Shown one piece after another: positions 20,113 to 30,211 of a stretch of 64,000 bases of DNA. Source of the DNA: a virus; the IMG/VR virus record IMGVR_UViG_3300047476_002078, positions 42,802-106,801 of that record; one strand, written 5' to 3'. Under the pieces are notes generated by a model. The model saw nothing but the letters and a program-made list of their open reading frames with translations, did no database searches and was not told the DNA's origin. The position numbers and the translations under genes are program-made. Every line of letters begins with the position of its first letter. Positions within the stretch are counted from its first letter, which is position 1.

Positions 20113-21020
20113 TTACAGGCGGAGCAGGATTTATCGGAAGTCATTTATGTGACCATTTAATCAGTAAAGGTTGCAATGTTACGGTAATTGATGACTTATC
20201 AACAGGCAGAAATAAAAATTTATCCAAAAAAGTCGATTTTATTCAAGCAGATATTTCAAAGCAAGAGACGTGGAATAGTTTAAACAAAAATTTTAATGCT
20301 TTGTTTCATTTAGCCGCAAAAACTTCGGTAACAGAATCGGTAAAAATACCGTCATTCTATTTTCAGCAAAATGTTATTACGTCACAATACATTTATGAAT
20401 GGAGCATAAAAAACAACGTAAAGAATGTAATTTATGCAAATACCGCTGGAGCCTTGTACGGTGACGCTTTTGATAAAGGTCATAATGAAAGCTCCTTACC
20501 TAAGCCTAAGTCTCCTTATGGTGCGACTAAATACGCCTGCGAGCTTTTTTTAATGTCTCTCCCAATAAATTTTACTTCCATAAGATTAGCCAACGTATAT
20601 GGGGAGAGACAAATAACCAAAGGTGAAGCAGGAGTAATCCCTATTTTTACGGAAAATATTCACGCTGGTAAAGATTGCATTATTTTCGGTAAAAATAAAA
20701 TGCGTGACTACATTCATGTAACAGATGTTTGTGAATATTTTGTTAGAGCCTTTGAAAAAATGCTCCCATCACAGGGATGGAAAGAGATTTTTAATGTAGG
20801 GACAGGCGTAAAAACTGAAGATGAGAAAGTTTTTAATACTATTTCTAGTGTAATTAAAAAGCCTGCTCAAATGTTATATGCTGATAAGAGAGATGGGGAA
20901 ATAGATGTAACTTATTTAGACATCTCTAAAGCAAAAGAGATTTTAGAATATGAACCAAAAATAGAATTTGTTCAAGGTTGCTCGAATACTGTCAGATATT
21001 ATTTAGAAAATGAGTTTTGA
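20100..21020 (+). CDS. NAD-dependent epimerase/dehydratase (extended SDR)
   Basis: VLVTGGAGFIGSHL Rossmann motif, YGATK catalytic YxxxK. Confidence 0.7.
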   Translation: MEVLVTGGAGFIGSHLCDHLISKGCNVTVIDDLSTGRNKNLSKKVDFIQADISKQETWNSLNKNFNALFHLAAKTSVTESVKIPSFYFQQNVITSQYIYEWSIKNNVKNVIYANTAGALYGDAFDKGHNESSLPKPKSPYGATKYACELFLMSLPINFTSIRLANVYGERQITKGEAGVIPIFTENIHAGKDCIIFGKNKMRDYIHVTDVCEYFVRAFEKMLPSQGWKEIFNVGTGVKTEDEKVFNTISSVIKKPAQMLYADKRDGEIDVTYLDISKAKEILEYEPKIEFVQGCSNTVRYYLENEF

Positions 21021-21382
21021 TGAGTGATAAAAATAGCTTTTTAGCAGACATCTATTATTTTCTGTTAAAAATGTTTAATAAGGTGTGCAAAAGAGACACT
21101 TCTATCAAAAATTTTCCCTCCAAAAAGTTTCATAACTATAAAGCAGACAATCATATTGTTTGTAGTTTTTGTAATTTTCAATTTAGTTATGTTCGAGATG
21201 AGCTAAGTCTCTACAAAGGAGATAGTCCGGAATTTATTCAATCTTCCCACATTACAGATGTTAATGCTCGGCAATGGTTTTATAAATTTTATCCTGCCCT
21301 TGAGTGCCCAAAATGCTTGAAGAAACTTGAGTCTTGCTACACAGTCAGAGTCAACAACAGTGTCGTTACTTTAATGTTTTAG
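21017..21382 (+). CDS. Cys-rich zinc-ribbon protein
   Basis: CSFCNF ... CPKC. Confidence 0.4.
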   Translation: MMSDKNSFLADIYYFLLKMFNKVCKRDTSIKNFPSKKFHNYKADNHIVCSFCNFQFSYVRDELSLYKGDSPEFIQSSHITDVNARQWFYKFYPALECPKCLKKLESCYTVRVNNSVVTLMF

Positions 21383-21481
21383 TTGACTTGAAAGATAAGG
21401 TATAACTCATATTTGAATAATAAAAAATCTAACTAGATGTAGAAAAAATTTGACCCCTAATTCCCTAACAGCGAGGTTCAA

Positions 21482-21745
21482 ATGAAAATAGATCAGTTAG
21501 CAAACGCTCTTACTTTGTCGTTCTTAGACAAAACCCACAAAATGATCGTAAAAATTGACCCTGTGAATAATAGAAAAAATTCAAGGGAAGCCTATTTTTG
21601 TTTGAGTGAAAACATATTTGATAAGAACAAGAACTTTTTTTACCAAGCTAATGAATCCTGCATAATGTTTGGAACAAATACAAACGATTATATGGAAGAT
21701 GAATTTTACGGGGATGAAGAAGAGTATATTGTCGATTCTAAGTAA
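21482..21745 (+). CDS. hypothetical protein
   Basis: 87 aa. Confidence 0.35.
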   Translation: MKIDQLANALTLSFLDKTHKMIVKIDPVNNRKNSREAYFCLSENIFDKNKNFFYQANESCIMFGTNTNDYMEDEFYGDEEEYIVDSK

Positions 21746-22166
21746 GTTCATAAATACAGAAACTATTCTTTTTCTCATAAAATATAGGGAGATCAAGAAT
21801 AACATTTCTTTGGTAGGTATTTTTGCTAGTCAAACCTTCTTTGACTAAATCTCTTCTTACTGTAATGTAAGCTCTGCCTTTAACTTTAAGCAACATCTTA
21901 ATATGTTTTAATATTTTTGATTCTTCTTCTAGGGGGAGAACATTTAAAACATATTGGCAGGTTACGGTATCGTAGCTATTTTCTTGAAGTTTTTTAGGAA
22001 AGTAAAAAGGGTCAAATTTATCCATTTTGTAAATTTCTGCATCTTTTCCCTTTCCACAACCGTAATCTAAAGTATTGCCAATCAACTTCCCACTTTCAAA
22101 AAGGATACGCATTGGTTTTGCAGGGGCACTACGAGTTATTGCGGTTTTTTCTGGTCTGTGATTCAT
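21738..22166 (-). CDS. small SAM-dependent methyltransferase-like protein
   Basis: LDYGCGKGKD resembles class I MTase motif I. Confidence 0.4.
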   Translation of the reverse strand: MNHRPEKTAITRSAPAKPMRILFESGKLIGNTLDYGCGKGKDAEIYKMDKFDPFYFPKKLQENSYDTVTCQYVLNVLPLEEESKILKHIKMLLKVKGRAYITVRRDLVKEGLTSKNTYQRNVILDLPIFYEKKNSFCIYELT

Positions 22167-22237
22167 AAATTCTCCTAAAATTAATGTATAGAATCATACA
22201 ATTCTTTACAAATAAAATTGTTAATCTAGGGAGTTTT

Positions 22238-22465
22238 ATGAACATAAAGAAAGAAATTGAGTCATTAGAAAATCGAATAGCAAATTCAGAAGACAAAAAC
22301 GACATGGCAATCGGGTATGTTAGAGACATTATGGATATGGCTCAAATGCTTGAAAACATTATTCATAATGAACCTGATTTGGAAGACTGGGTTAATGCGA
22401 AAATAACACGAAGCAGAACAGACCTAGTTGACGTTACAAAATATCTACAAAATAGACCTAAATGA
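22238..22465 (+). CDS. small coiled-coil protein (paralog A)
   Basis: MNIKKEIESLENRI...; start trimmed to internal Met after RBS. Confidence 0.4.
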   Translation: MNIKKEIESLENRIANSEDKNDMAIGYVRDIMDMAQMLENIIHNEPDLEDWVNAKITRSRTDLVDVTKYLQNRPK

Positions 22466-22632
22466 ACATTGAGCAAGAAATTTTAAAATTAGAAAATAAT
22501 ATCAAAGAAATGACTAGCTACTTATTAATGAAAGTAAACGTAGCTGATTGGCACGCTGTCGCTGACGCAGCAATGGATATTAGAGAGTTTCAAGCTAAAA
22601 TTGATGCTTTGAAACAAATTAAACAACCGTAG
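22462..22632 (+). CDS. small coiled-coil protein (paralog B)
   Basis: MNIEQEILKLENNI..., ATGA-overlapped, similar N-terminus to upstream gene; not in ORF track (<60 aa). Confidence 0.3.
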   Translation: MNIEQEILKLENNIKEMTSYLLMKVNVADWHAVADAAMDIREFQAKIDALKQIKQP

Positions 22633-22658
22633 AACATACTACCCTTATCGGAGGAATT

Positions 22659-22844
22659 GTGAGAGAAAATATTATTGTTACGTCAGTAGAATTGATTGAA
22701 GGAGGAGTTTTTAAATTAGAACTTTTAAATAAAGATACTAATGAAAAACTTTACGTTAAATCTGAGAATCTTTTTTCTTTAGTTCAAAAAGCTTTGGAAA
22801 ATAAAAACAAAGAATTTTTAGAATTCAATCAAGTTCTCGTGTGA
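22659..22844 (+). CDS. hypothetical protein
   Basis: 61 aa. Confidence 0.3.
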   Translation: MRENIIVTSVELIEGGVFKLELLNKDTNEKLYVKSENLFSLVQKALENKNKEFLEFNQVLV

Positions 22845-22847
22845 GGA

Positions 22848-23099
22848 GTGTGTTTGGATAAAATTAGTAAAGAAAGAGTGATCGAACTCGTAAAAATGAT
22901 GAATTTTCTTTCAGAGACAAAAAAAGAAAAATACGCTTTGAAAGAAGAATATACCATGGAAGATATGATTTCGTTCCAATGGGTTGAAGAGGAAGATAAG
23001 ATACTTTTTCCTATAATTTTGAACACTACTAAGGGTAGCTATGCGGTTGATGATATTAAAAAAATACCCTATAAAATGTCTTTGAATGGTTATCAATGA
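22848..23099 (+). CDS. hypothetical protein
   Basis: 83 aa. Confidence 0.35.
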   Translation: MCLDKISKERVIELVKMMNFLSETKKEKYALKEEYTMEDMISFQWVEEEDKILFPIILNTTKGSYAVDDIKKIPYKMSLNGYQ

Positions 23100-23398
23100 C
23101 GAGATGCTATTTTAATGGAACAGTTAAAAGATGTGTTAATGGGTGCTTGAAACCATTGTCTGAGTTTTATCCTCATTCAGGAAAAACAAAAAAAGGTAAA
23201 ATTAAAGATAAAAGTTTATCTTGCTACTACAGACCTTATTGTAAGACTTGCCACAATCAAATAAATATCCGTAAAGTTTTAGAGAAAAAAATTAAGACTT
23301 ATCCTAATAGTTTTTGGGAATGTGACAACTGCGACCATATTGTGCCCGTTTCTAAAAAATTATGCTCTAAATGTAAAACAATAAGAATAAAAAGGTAA
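23096..23398 (+). CDS. Cys-rich zinc-finger protein
   Basis: CxxC x4. Confidence 0.4.
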   Translation: MTRCYFNGTVKRCVNGCLKPLSEFYPHSGKTKKGKIKDKSLSCYYRPYCKTCHNQINIRKVLEKKIKTYPNSFWECDNCDHIVPVSKKLCSKCKTIRIKR

Positions 23399-23427
23399 TT
23401 TTTTGTTCATTAATATTAAGGAATTTT

Positions 23428-24498
23428 ATGGCACATAAGAATGTTAAATTAGACCCGTCATATTGGTTATATGAACCTTCTCAAGGCAGGCTAGAGAATA
23501 GCGAAACTTTTTTGGAAGACCTTGTAACAGATGGGTATGTTTTTGAACCTACGAGCTTAAATGCTTTAGGTTTAACTAAAGATTCTTATCTAACTGCGGA
23601 ACAATTTGCAAATTTTAGAAGTTCTTTTTCCACCCCTCACAATAAAGAAGGAAAAGAGGAAAAATATTTTCACCTAAATAATGCAGAAAGGTATCTGCTT
23701 TCTAATTGGACTTCTTTGGGTTGGGGAGCCAACAAAACAGAAGTGCTAGAAAATTATAATAATTTTATTCAGAAAAATTTGCTTGATAATGATAACAATA
23801 ATGTCAGAATGAGTATTAATAGAGGTAATCTTGATTTATCTAGCTTGATAGTGAACGGAGTAGTTTCAGGTTCAGAGCAGGAGTATTTTGTTCCTATTCT
23901 TTTATTCTCAGATCAAGCAGACGATCTTTTCTCTTTAAATACTGGATTAGAAAACTTCGTTTCAACTTCAAGTCTAAGTCTTCAAATTAATCAAAGCTTT
24001 GATGACTCATTCATTGAACTACCTGACTTGCCATTTGACTTTTATTTTTTAGGTACTAATTATAAAAATTCTATATTCCTCGGCTCCAATACTTATCTAA
24101 CTTTTGGGCAAGGTAGCTCAAATTATTCAGGACTAAGTGCAAGCAATCCATTTTTGCCTAAAATTCATTTAGGTTCGGCAGATCACAGTTATCAGCGTGT
24201 CTATTGGCAACAGGTTGTTATAAATGGGCAAGACGCTTTAGTTGTAAGATATGAAGGAACTAACTCTACAGGCGGAACGCCCGGAAGCCCCAACATTGTA
24301 ATGCAAATAACTTTCTTCCCAAATCAACGTATGACTGTAACTTTTGGTTCTCATGCAGGAAGGTTTGGTCAAAGAGGTATAGCAAGTGCTTCATCTTATG
24401 TTACTACCTTTACACTAGATCAGAACACTTCTTACGCATTTAGCTCTGACGCAACAGGTTATAATTGGGTTGTTGAAGCTGGGAAATACTGGTCGTAA
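23428..24498 (+). CDS. hypothetical protein (possibly structural)
   Basis: 356 aa, S/N/G-rich beta-type composition. Confidence 0.4.
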   Translation: MAHKNVKLDPSYWLYEPSQGRLENSETFLEDLVTDGYVFEPTSLNALGLTKDSYLTAEQFANFRSSFSTPHNKEGKEEKYFHLNNAERYLLSNWTSLGWGANKTEVLENYNNFIQKNLLDNDNNNVRMSINRGNLDLSSLIVNGVVSGSEQEYFVPILLFSDQADDLFSLNTGLENFVSTSSLSLQINQSFDDSFIELPDLPFDFYFLGTNYKNSIFLGSNTYLTFGQGSSNYSGLSASNPFLPKIHLGSADHSYQRVYWQQVVINGQDALVVRYEGTNSTGGTPGSPNIVMQITFFPNQRMTVTFGSHAGRFGQRGIASASSYVTTFTLDQNTSYAFSSDATGYNWVVEAGKYWS

Positions 24499-24544
24499 AA
24501 TTTAGAATTAGACATTTTAAATTTTACGGTAAATAATTCTCAGC

Positions 24545-25081
24545 ATGAATATTTTTTGTACTGACGAATGTCCAAGACTGTCTGCACAATCATTAGATAA
24601 CATTCGTGTTAATAAAATGATTACCGAATCTCTTCAAATGCTTGTAACTGCTATGCGGTTAAACGGAGCAAAAGAGGAAGAAATTCCTCAAAGAGTGGAT
24701 GGGATTCCTATGAAAATTTCCCATGTTAATCATCCATGTTCGATATGGGTTAGAGAATCAAGAGAAAATTATTTGTGGTTGTGGGAGCATTTAAAAGCCC
24801 TCACAGAAGAATTTGAATTTCGCCACGGCAAGAAACATCATGGAGCCTCACAACTTAAAAGGGCTTATAAAGGCTCTTTTCTAATATCAGATAAGCCTAG
24901 AACTTCTTTTCAAAATAGCAGTATTTTTAAAAATGAACCTACTTTGGAAGCTTACAAAGCTACAATGGTTAATAAATGGAAAAACGATGTTCGCACACCT
25001 TCATGGGGAAACAGAGAAAAGCCTAGTTGGTACGATCTTGGTGAAAATTTGATTAAAAAATTTACAATGGAAATACAATGA
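24545..25081 (+). CDS. hypothetical protein
   Basis: 178 aa; weak resemblance to pyrimidine-dimer glycosylase N-terminus not reliable. Confidence 0.4.
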   Translation: MNIFCTDECPRLSAQSLDNIRVNKMITESLQMLVTAMRLNGAKEEEIPQRVDGIPMKISHVNHPCSIWVRESRENYLWLWEHLKALTEEFEFRHGKKHHGASQLKRAYKGSFLISDKPRTSFQNSSIFKNEPTLEAYKATMVNKWKNDVRTPSWGNREKPSWYDLGENLIKKFTMEIQ

Positions 25082-25356
25082 AAGATATTTATAATCCAAC
25101 GAGTGTTTTAGGATTAAAAATAGCTACAGAAAAAGCAAAAAAAGCTTTAGCTCAGTATTCAAAAAATTATTCATCGGCAGACATCCCAAAGTGGATATTG
25201 GATGAAAGTGTTGGTTACAACTACGAACAAGGTTTACAGCAAGATGAAATAATTGCTTTTTTGGCAGGCTTTCTGAACGGTTTTTCAGCTTTTGAAGAAA
25301 AAATAGTGAGCTTAGAAAATGAAATTAAAAAACTCAAGGAAGGTTCTAATGGGTAA
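25078..25356 (+). CDS. hypothetical protein
   Basis: 92 aa, overlapping operon. Confidence 0.4.
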   Translation: MKDIYNPTSVLGLKIATEKAKKALAQYSKNYSSADIPKWILDESVGYNYEQGLQQDEIIAFLAGFLNGFSAFEEKIVSLENEIKKLKEGSNG

Positions 25357-25567
25357 TAGAGCGTCTTTTTGGGATGAGCCAAAAAAAGATAATAATGACA
25401 AAAATTTGATGATAGAAACTCGTGAGAAATTTAGATCAACAAAAAATAATTATTTAGTTGTTTATCAAGGAAAGAATGGCAAACATTATGTTGACGGAAC
25501 TCCAAATAAATTATTTTTAAGAGTAATCAGAGACAAAATAAATGAAATTTTAAAGGAAGCGAAATGA
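25319..25567 (+). CDS. hypothetical protein
   Basis: 82 aa. Confidence 0.35.
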   Translation: MKLKNSRKVLMGNRASFWDEPKKDNNDKNLMIETREKFRSTKNNYLVVYQGKNGKHYVDGTPNKLFLRVIRDKINEILKEAK

Positions 25568-25818
25568 AAGCTACTTTAGAGATTTTCAAAGAAAGGTATT
25601 TTAATTCTGATTTAACAGGAAATACTTTTGATATAGTTTTAGGAAAAACTTTTCATTTTGGTTTGGATTATTCAAATTCATCTAAACTTGTACATATAGT
25701 TTTTCAAACAAAAGAAAGAACTTATTTTTTAGGTATTTGGTTTAACAAAAGCTCTTTTGAAGAATACTTTCAGGGGTATAGATTGACTGAAACTTACAGA
25801 ACAATTTTTCTATTCTAA
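25564..25818 (+). CDS. hypothetical protein
   Basis: 84 aa. Confidence 0.35.
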   Translation: MKATLEIFKERYFNSDLTGNTFDIVLGKTFHFGLDYSNSSKLVHIVFQTKERTYFLGIWFNKSSFEEYFQGYRLTETYRTIFLF

Positions 25819-26022
25819 TATTTTTAATAGTTTTTTCTCTTCGTAATCTAAATTAGCTTCGTAATATTCACCAATGACAATACCAGAAACCCATTTCACG
25901 TTATTTTGTGTATTAATATCCTGAGAAACAATTGATTTTAAAAATTTTTTAGCAGCTTCTTTTGATTTGAAACTCTTTACTTTTTGAGAGCAGTTTTCAA
26001 CGTATAAAATTTGATACTTCAT
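25810..26022 (-). CDS. hypothetical protein
   Basis: 70 aa. Confidence 0.35.
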   Translation of the reverse strand: MKYQILYVENCSQKVKSFKSKEAAKKFLKSIVSQDINTQNNVKWVSGIVIGEYYEANLDYEEKKLLKILE

Positions 26023-26254
26023 TTTTCCCTCTTATACTGTATTTTCCAAAAACCAAAACGCAGTTCAAACGTATAAACTGAAACCAGTTTATCTGGGAAC
26101 CCTGCATAATCTTTGACGATCATATTTTTACAACTAGAGATACCTAATTCAAAAGCTCGATTTTCTAAAAATTTCCATTCGCCCATATTATTAATATAGA
26201 CTTTTACGGTTACAAAAAGTAAAATTTTGTTCTTTATTTTACGGAGAATTTAAA

Positions 26255-26530
26255 ATGCTGATCTACCAAATACTGTTTATGTGTTTTTTCCAAATTGACC
26301 CACGTTTAGATAAAAACTATTGTGTAAAACAAATGATACAATGCACTAATAAAGGAGTAAATTTTGACAATTGTTCAGAATATTGGGAACCTTTATTTTA
26401 TGAAAATGAACTTTATAGTAGGGAAACTTTTAAAGATTTTATTCAATCGGTATGGGTTGAAAATAAAAAATTTAGAAGTGAAATTGAAAAAGCGGAAATC
26501 TTAATTGAACGGGAGGATATGTGGAAATAA
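26255..26530 (+). CDS. hypothetical protein
   Basis: 91 aa. Confidence 0.35.
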   Translation: MLIYQILFMCFFQIDPRLDKNYCVKQMIQCTNKGVNFDNCSEYWEPLFYENELYSRETFKDFIQSVWVENKKFRSEIEKAEILIEREDMWK

Positions 26531-27096
26531 GTTTAAAAAAAGCTAGGAAAATTGAAACAACTATTAATACATTTTTAGAAGAAAATGATTTTAAACTGGA
26601 AGCTACTGTTCGGGTCTTAGGAACTTTGGATGAAGCTAAAGATTCCGTAGCAAATACAAAATCAGAAATTTTTTCTAGTCTGAAGTTACGAGAAGAACTT
26701 TTAAAAATTAGATTTGATATGAGAAGGCAGATTGAAAAATCTAACGAAGAATCAGGTATCAATGCTTTAATAAATAAAAAAGTCTTGAACGAAAAAACTA
26801 TTTTGGAGTTAGACAAACTTATTAATCATAACAAGGTTTTTGACGAAAAAGAGTTAGATGATGTCTTAAAGTCTCAATCTAAAATTGATTATGATAAATA
26901 CTCCTTCAGAGTAAAAACAACTTTCGAGTTTCCTGTTTTTCAAAAAGAGGATTTAGCCTCTTTCAAAGATAAAAAAATTTCTATCAAGAAAGACATTGAA
27001 AAAATTGAAGATGAATTGAGCTTCTTAAATTTGAATACCAAAATCATCCTTTCTGAGGATGTTACAAAACTTTTAGAATTTAACAAAATTCTTTAA
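26521..27096 (+). CDS. coiled-coil hypothetical protein
   Basis: 191 aa, E/K-rich. Confidence 0.4.
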   Translation: MEISLKKARKIETTINTFLEENDFKLEATVRVLGTLDEAKDSVANTKSEIFSSLKLREELLKIRFDMRRQIEKSNEESGINALINKKVLNEKTILELDKLINHNKVFDEKELDDVLKSQSKIDYDKYSFRVKTTFEFPVFQKEDLASFKDKKISIKKDIEKIEDELSFLNLNTKIILSEDVTKLLEFNKIL

Positions 27097-27315
27097 GTTT
27101 TGGAGCAAGGCTGAAAAGGATAAAAGTAAACTATAGCTGTAGGGTTACTATATGTAATCTTACAACAGAAGATTTGTTTTTGACTAAAAGAGTAAAGTTT
27201 GTCTTCTCTGTTGTCTCAAAAGTTTTCTTCTGCAATGTTTTTTGTTTTTTGAAATATTGATACTTGTTTCTCTTTTATCTTTAGTAAGTCTTGCTTTTTA
27301 TTTTAGGAGATAATT

Positions 27316-27561
27316 ATGAAATGGTCATTTAATCGTATTCGAGCAGCTTTAATAAACATAGAAAATGAACAGTCATACTACGCAGGAGCAAGTTTATGTA
27401 TAGACTTTGCTGACCACCCTAATGTTGTTTTAAATTTAAACGGCAGAGGGTTTTTTTACGGATTTAAAAATAGCAACAAGCAAATGAAATTTGTAGTTCC
27501 TAATGATATTAAAGATAAGCTACTTGAAATATACAAAAAATATAAAAACATTCAAAATTGA
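27316..27561 (+). CDS. hypothetical protein
   Basis: 81 aa with RBS AGGAGA. Confidence 0.4.
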   Translation: MKWSFNRIRAALINIENEQSYYAGASLCIDFADHPNVVLNLNGRGFFYGFKNSNKQMKFVVPNDIKDKLLEIYKKYKNIQN

Positions 27562-27640
27562 TTTGTAGCGTCATTTAATAAAAAATTAAGATTCAAATTT
27601 AAAATCTTTGTGTTAATCAAAAAACACAAGGAGAAATTAT

Positions 27641-27853
27641 ATGCAAAATAACCCATTCAAAGAATTTAATGAAACAGAAATTGGTAAATCAATGATGGTA
27701 GCTTGGAAAAAATTTGTCGAAGAAAATGAAGGTTGTTACGCAGAAGACTCGATTGAAACAGCCGATTTCTTTGCAGGATTTGTTGCAGCTTGGGAACAAC
27801 AATCTGTAAAAATAGAAGAATTAGAACAAAGAATTAAAATACTTGAAAAATAA
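27641..27853 (+). CDS. hypothetical protein
   Basis: 70 aa with RBS. Confidence 0.4.
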   Translation: MQNNPFKEFNETEIGKSMMVAWKKFVEENEGCYAEDSIETADFFAGFVAAWEQQSVKIEELEQRIKILEK

Positions 27854-27879
27854 TATTTTGGTTAATTTTTAATAAAAAA

Positions 27880-27906
27880 GGGGAGTTTAATGCTCCCCTT
27901 TTTTAT
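27880..27906. terminator. rho-independent terminator
   Basis: GGGGAG-tttaatg-CTCCCC then T6, A-run upstream (bidirectional). Confidence 0.7.
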
Positions 27907-27907
27907 T

Positions 27908-27994
27908 TGGTGGCTCTGACCAGACTCGAACTGGTACGCCCTTACGGACACTCGATTTTAAATCGAGGTTGTCTACCGATTCCAACACAGAGCC
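27908..27994 (-). tRNA. tRNA-Leu (anticodon UAA)
   Basis: 87 nt with long variable arm, anticodon loop TTTAAAA, CCA encoded. Confidence 0.75.
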
Positions 27995-28018
27995 AATTCA
28001 CGACTATAATAAATATGA

Positions 28019-28095
28019 TGGTGGGACTGGCAGGACTTGAACCTGCAACCCTCCGGTTATGAGCCGGACGCTCTGACCAATTGAACTACAATCCC
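28019..28095 (-). tRNA. tRNA-Met (anticodon CAU; could be Ile2 or initiator)
   Basis: GGGATTGTAGTTCAATTGGTCAGAGC...CTCATAA...GGTTCAAGTCC...CAGTCCCACCA. Confidence 0.75.
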
Positions 28096-28168
28096 ACATG
28101 AGGGAAATTTACCTTAGTATGATTTTTTAATCAATATGGATTTAAAAGAAAGAACATTTTTATAGGAG

Positions 28169-28438
28169 ATGATATTGAAAACAATTATTATTTTGCTTCT
28201 TTTAAGTTCATGCTCTATGACAACGACTAGAAGATCAGATTTTATTGCAGGGTGTTATATTGGAGCATCTTCAGCGTTAGGTGATGTTGTAAACGATCAA
28301 AAAATTATAAATTTTTGTATCAGGTCTTATGACAAAAATCCCAAGATTAAAGATAAATTAGACGAACTTAATGATTTATCTAAATACTTAAAAGAGTCTG
28401 AAATAACTGAAGAAGAATCTACCTATATGTTCCTCTAA
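28169..28438 (+). CDS. putative lipoprotein
   Basis: Signal peptide LLLSSCS lipobox. Confidence 0.4.
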   Translation: MILKTIIILLLLSSCSMTTTRRSDFIAGCYIGASSALGDVVNDQKIINFCIRSYDKNPKIKDKLDELNDLSKYLKESEITEEESTYMFL

Positions 28439-28451
28439 TCAGGGGGGATAT

Positions 28452-28883
28452 ATGTGGATATTATTTTTATTTTTATCATTTTATAGTTTTGCTTTTCCAA
28501 AAATTCCAAATGCAGAAATTACCTATGGTGATTTATGTAATTTATCAAATACTGATTTTGTTGAGTACCGATACCCTGAAAAAATACCTTATTGTAAAAG
28601 AAACGTGAGCAGTTACAGAAAGTCTAAAATTTACGATCTTTATAAAATTCCAGTTAGTGAAAGAAAAAATTTTACTATAGATCATCTTATACCTTTGAGT
28701 ATCGGAGGCTCGAATAAAGATTCAAATTTATGGGCTGAACACTTGAGCCTAAAAGAGCAGAGAGGTTCTCTTGAATTAGATTTATTTATTTTATTAAAAT
28801 CTGGTACTATAACGCAAAAACAAGCTATAAATAGAATACTTTGTTCTAAATTTAATAATTGTTATTTAGTGGAGGAATTATGA
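28452..28883 (+). CDS. secreted HNH-type nuclease-like protein
   Basis: Signal peptide; DHLIPLSIGGSNKDSNLW HNH core. Confidence 0.45.
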   Translation: MWILFLFLSFYSFAFPKIPNAEITYGDLCNLSNTDFVEYRYPEKIPYCKRNVSSYRKSKIYDLYKIPVSERKNFTIDHLIPLSIGGSNKDSNLWAEHLSLKEQRGSLELDLFILLKSGTITQKQAINRILCSKFNNCYLVEEL

Positions 28884-29053
28884 GTTATGAAGAAGCTGTA
28901 GCCAAATTACAAGAAATTGTTGGAAATGATTTAGAATCGTTTGAATGTCATGGAATTAAAAATGCGTCAGAAAATTTTGAATTTTTTGTGACTAAAAAAG
29001 ACCAATCAAAAGTTGTCATTCACATTGGAAATTCTATTATTGTTAAGGATTAA
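28859..29053 (+). CDS. hypothetical protein
   Basis: 64 aa. Confidence 0.3.
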   Translation: MLFSGGIMSYEEAVAKLQEIVGNDLESFECHGIKNASENFEFFVTKKDQSKVVIHIGNSIIVKD

Positions 29054-29108
29054 TCTTGAAAAAATACTATGGAAATAGTATAAGATCGTACTTTCAAAAG
29101 AGGGTACG

Positions 29109-29369
29109 ATGGATTTAAGTTTAAAACATTACATGGTAAAAAATTTCACAGGATTGATAATGGAAGACATTAAATACTCCGCAGGAACAAGACTTTGTTT
29201 TTTAGACCCTCAAAGTGGTGAATCTTTTGAAGGAGTTGTTGTTGAAAATTATAAATTTGGTGGAGACATTTGTGTTAATTGGGACACAGGTCTTTCAAGT
29301 TCTTATGACAAAGATTGGCTAGATAAATTTACATCAATCGTTCGTGACAGAAATATAGATTACTTTTAA
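29109..29369 (+). CDS. hypothetical protein
   Basis: 86 aa. Confidence 0.35.
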   Translation: MDLSLKHYMVKNFTGLIMEDIKYSAGTRLCFLDPQSGESFEGVVVENYKFGGDICVNWDTGLSSSYDKDWLDKFTSIVRDRNIDYF

Positions 29370-29444
29370 AGGGGTATCGACAAGTGGTAAGTCAGCAGAT
29401 TTTGATTCTGCCATACGCAGGTTCGACCCCTGCTACCCCTACCA
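29370..29444 (+). tRNA. tRNA-Gln (anticodon UUG)
   Basis: AGGGGTA acceptor pairs TACCCCT, anticodon stem GCAGA/TCTGC loop TTTTGAT, TTCGACC T-loop, CCA encoded. Confidence 0.75.
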
Positions 29445-29451
29445 AATATTT

Positions 29452-29895
29452 ATGTTAAAACCTAAAAAAGATCAAATCTGGTACTACAACAAAACAGGTA
29501 ACACTTATTTGATTAGGTCAAACACTTTAATGAAAATAAACGACTCTGAGTGGATAGACGGAGTGGTTTACAAGTGTTTGAGAGAGGGAAAAACATATAC
29601 TAGAGATTTAAAGACCTTCTTAGAAAAATTTAGAGCAACATTATTTGTTAAAAACGTCTATGTCAGAGAATACAACGACATTCAATTTAATTCCTATGAT
29701 TTAATTAAAATAATAAAACCTTTTGAAGAATTAGATGATGCTCTTTTGAAAGAGTATTTTAATTTAGATAGCTCTCACAGAGACTACAAATCCGTTAAAG
29801 GTACTAAATGCAAAGTTAATCGTTATATAGTGAGGAAACCAACAGGGTACGCAATTTATCCTGACGCTTTAGTTGCAAAAAATGGATGTTATTAG
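29452..29895 (+). CDS. hypothetical protein
   Basis: 147 aa. Confidence 0.4.
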   Translation: MLKPKKDQIWYYNKTGNTYLIRSNTLMKINDSEWIDGVVYKCLREGKTYTRDLKTFLEKFRATLFVKNVYVREYNDIQFNSYDLIKIIKPFEELDDALLKEYFNLDSSHRDYKSVKGTKCKVNRYIVRKPTGYAIYPDALVAKNGCY

Positions 29896-29922
29896 AAAAA
29901 TCTACTAATATAGAATTAAGAT

Positions 29923-30165
29923 ATGAAAACAGTAGATTTATTAGCAAAAATTTCCCAGCTAGAAAAAATTTCAAAAGGTAATAGAGCCGACCTTTATCTA
30001 CAAAACTCTCTTGACCATCTTAAAGATTTAAGAAAAGAAAAAGAAATTAAAACTTTAGAATTCAAAAAACTCAGAAAACTCGACAACGCCATAAGAGAAC
30101 TAATGGAGGCTATGAAAGTATTAGATGTGACTCCATTTAATCGCCCTTTTGATGTTATTTCTTGA
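29923..30165 (+). CDS. hypothetical protein
   Basis: 80 aa. Confidence 0.35.
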   Translation: MKTVDLLAKISQLEKISKGNRADLYLQNSLDHLKDLRKEKEIKTLEFKKLRKLDNAIRELMEAMKVLDVTPFNRPFDVIS

Positions 30166-30211
30166 TTTATTACTTCTTTTCAACTAAAAGCTAGATGAAA
30201 GGAATAATTAT

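Noticed and set aside
21383-21410. TTGACT ... TATAAC as sigma70 promoter
   Set aside because: The spacer is only ~12 bp.
24545-25081. DenV-like pyrimidine-dimer glycosylase assignment
   Set aside because: Only loose similarity in hydrophobic pattern. The catalytic N-terminal Thr/Glu arrangement is not convincingly conserved.
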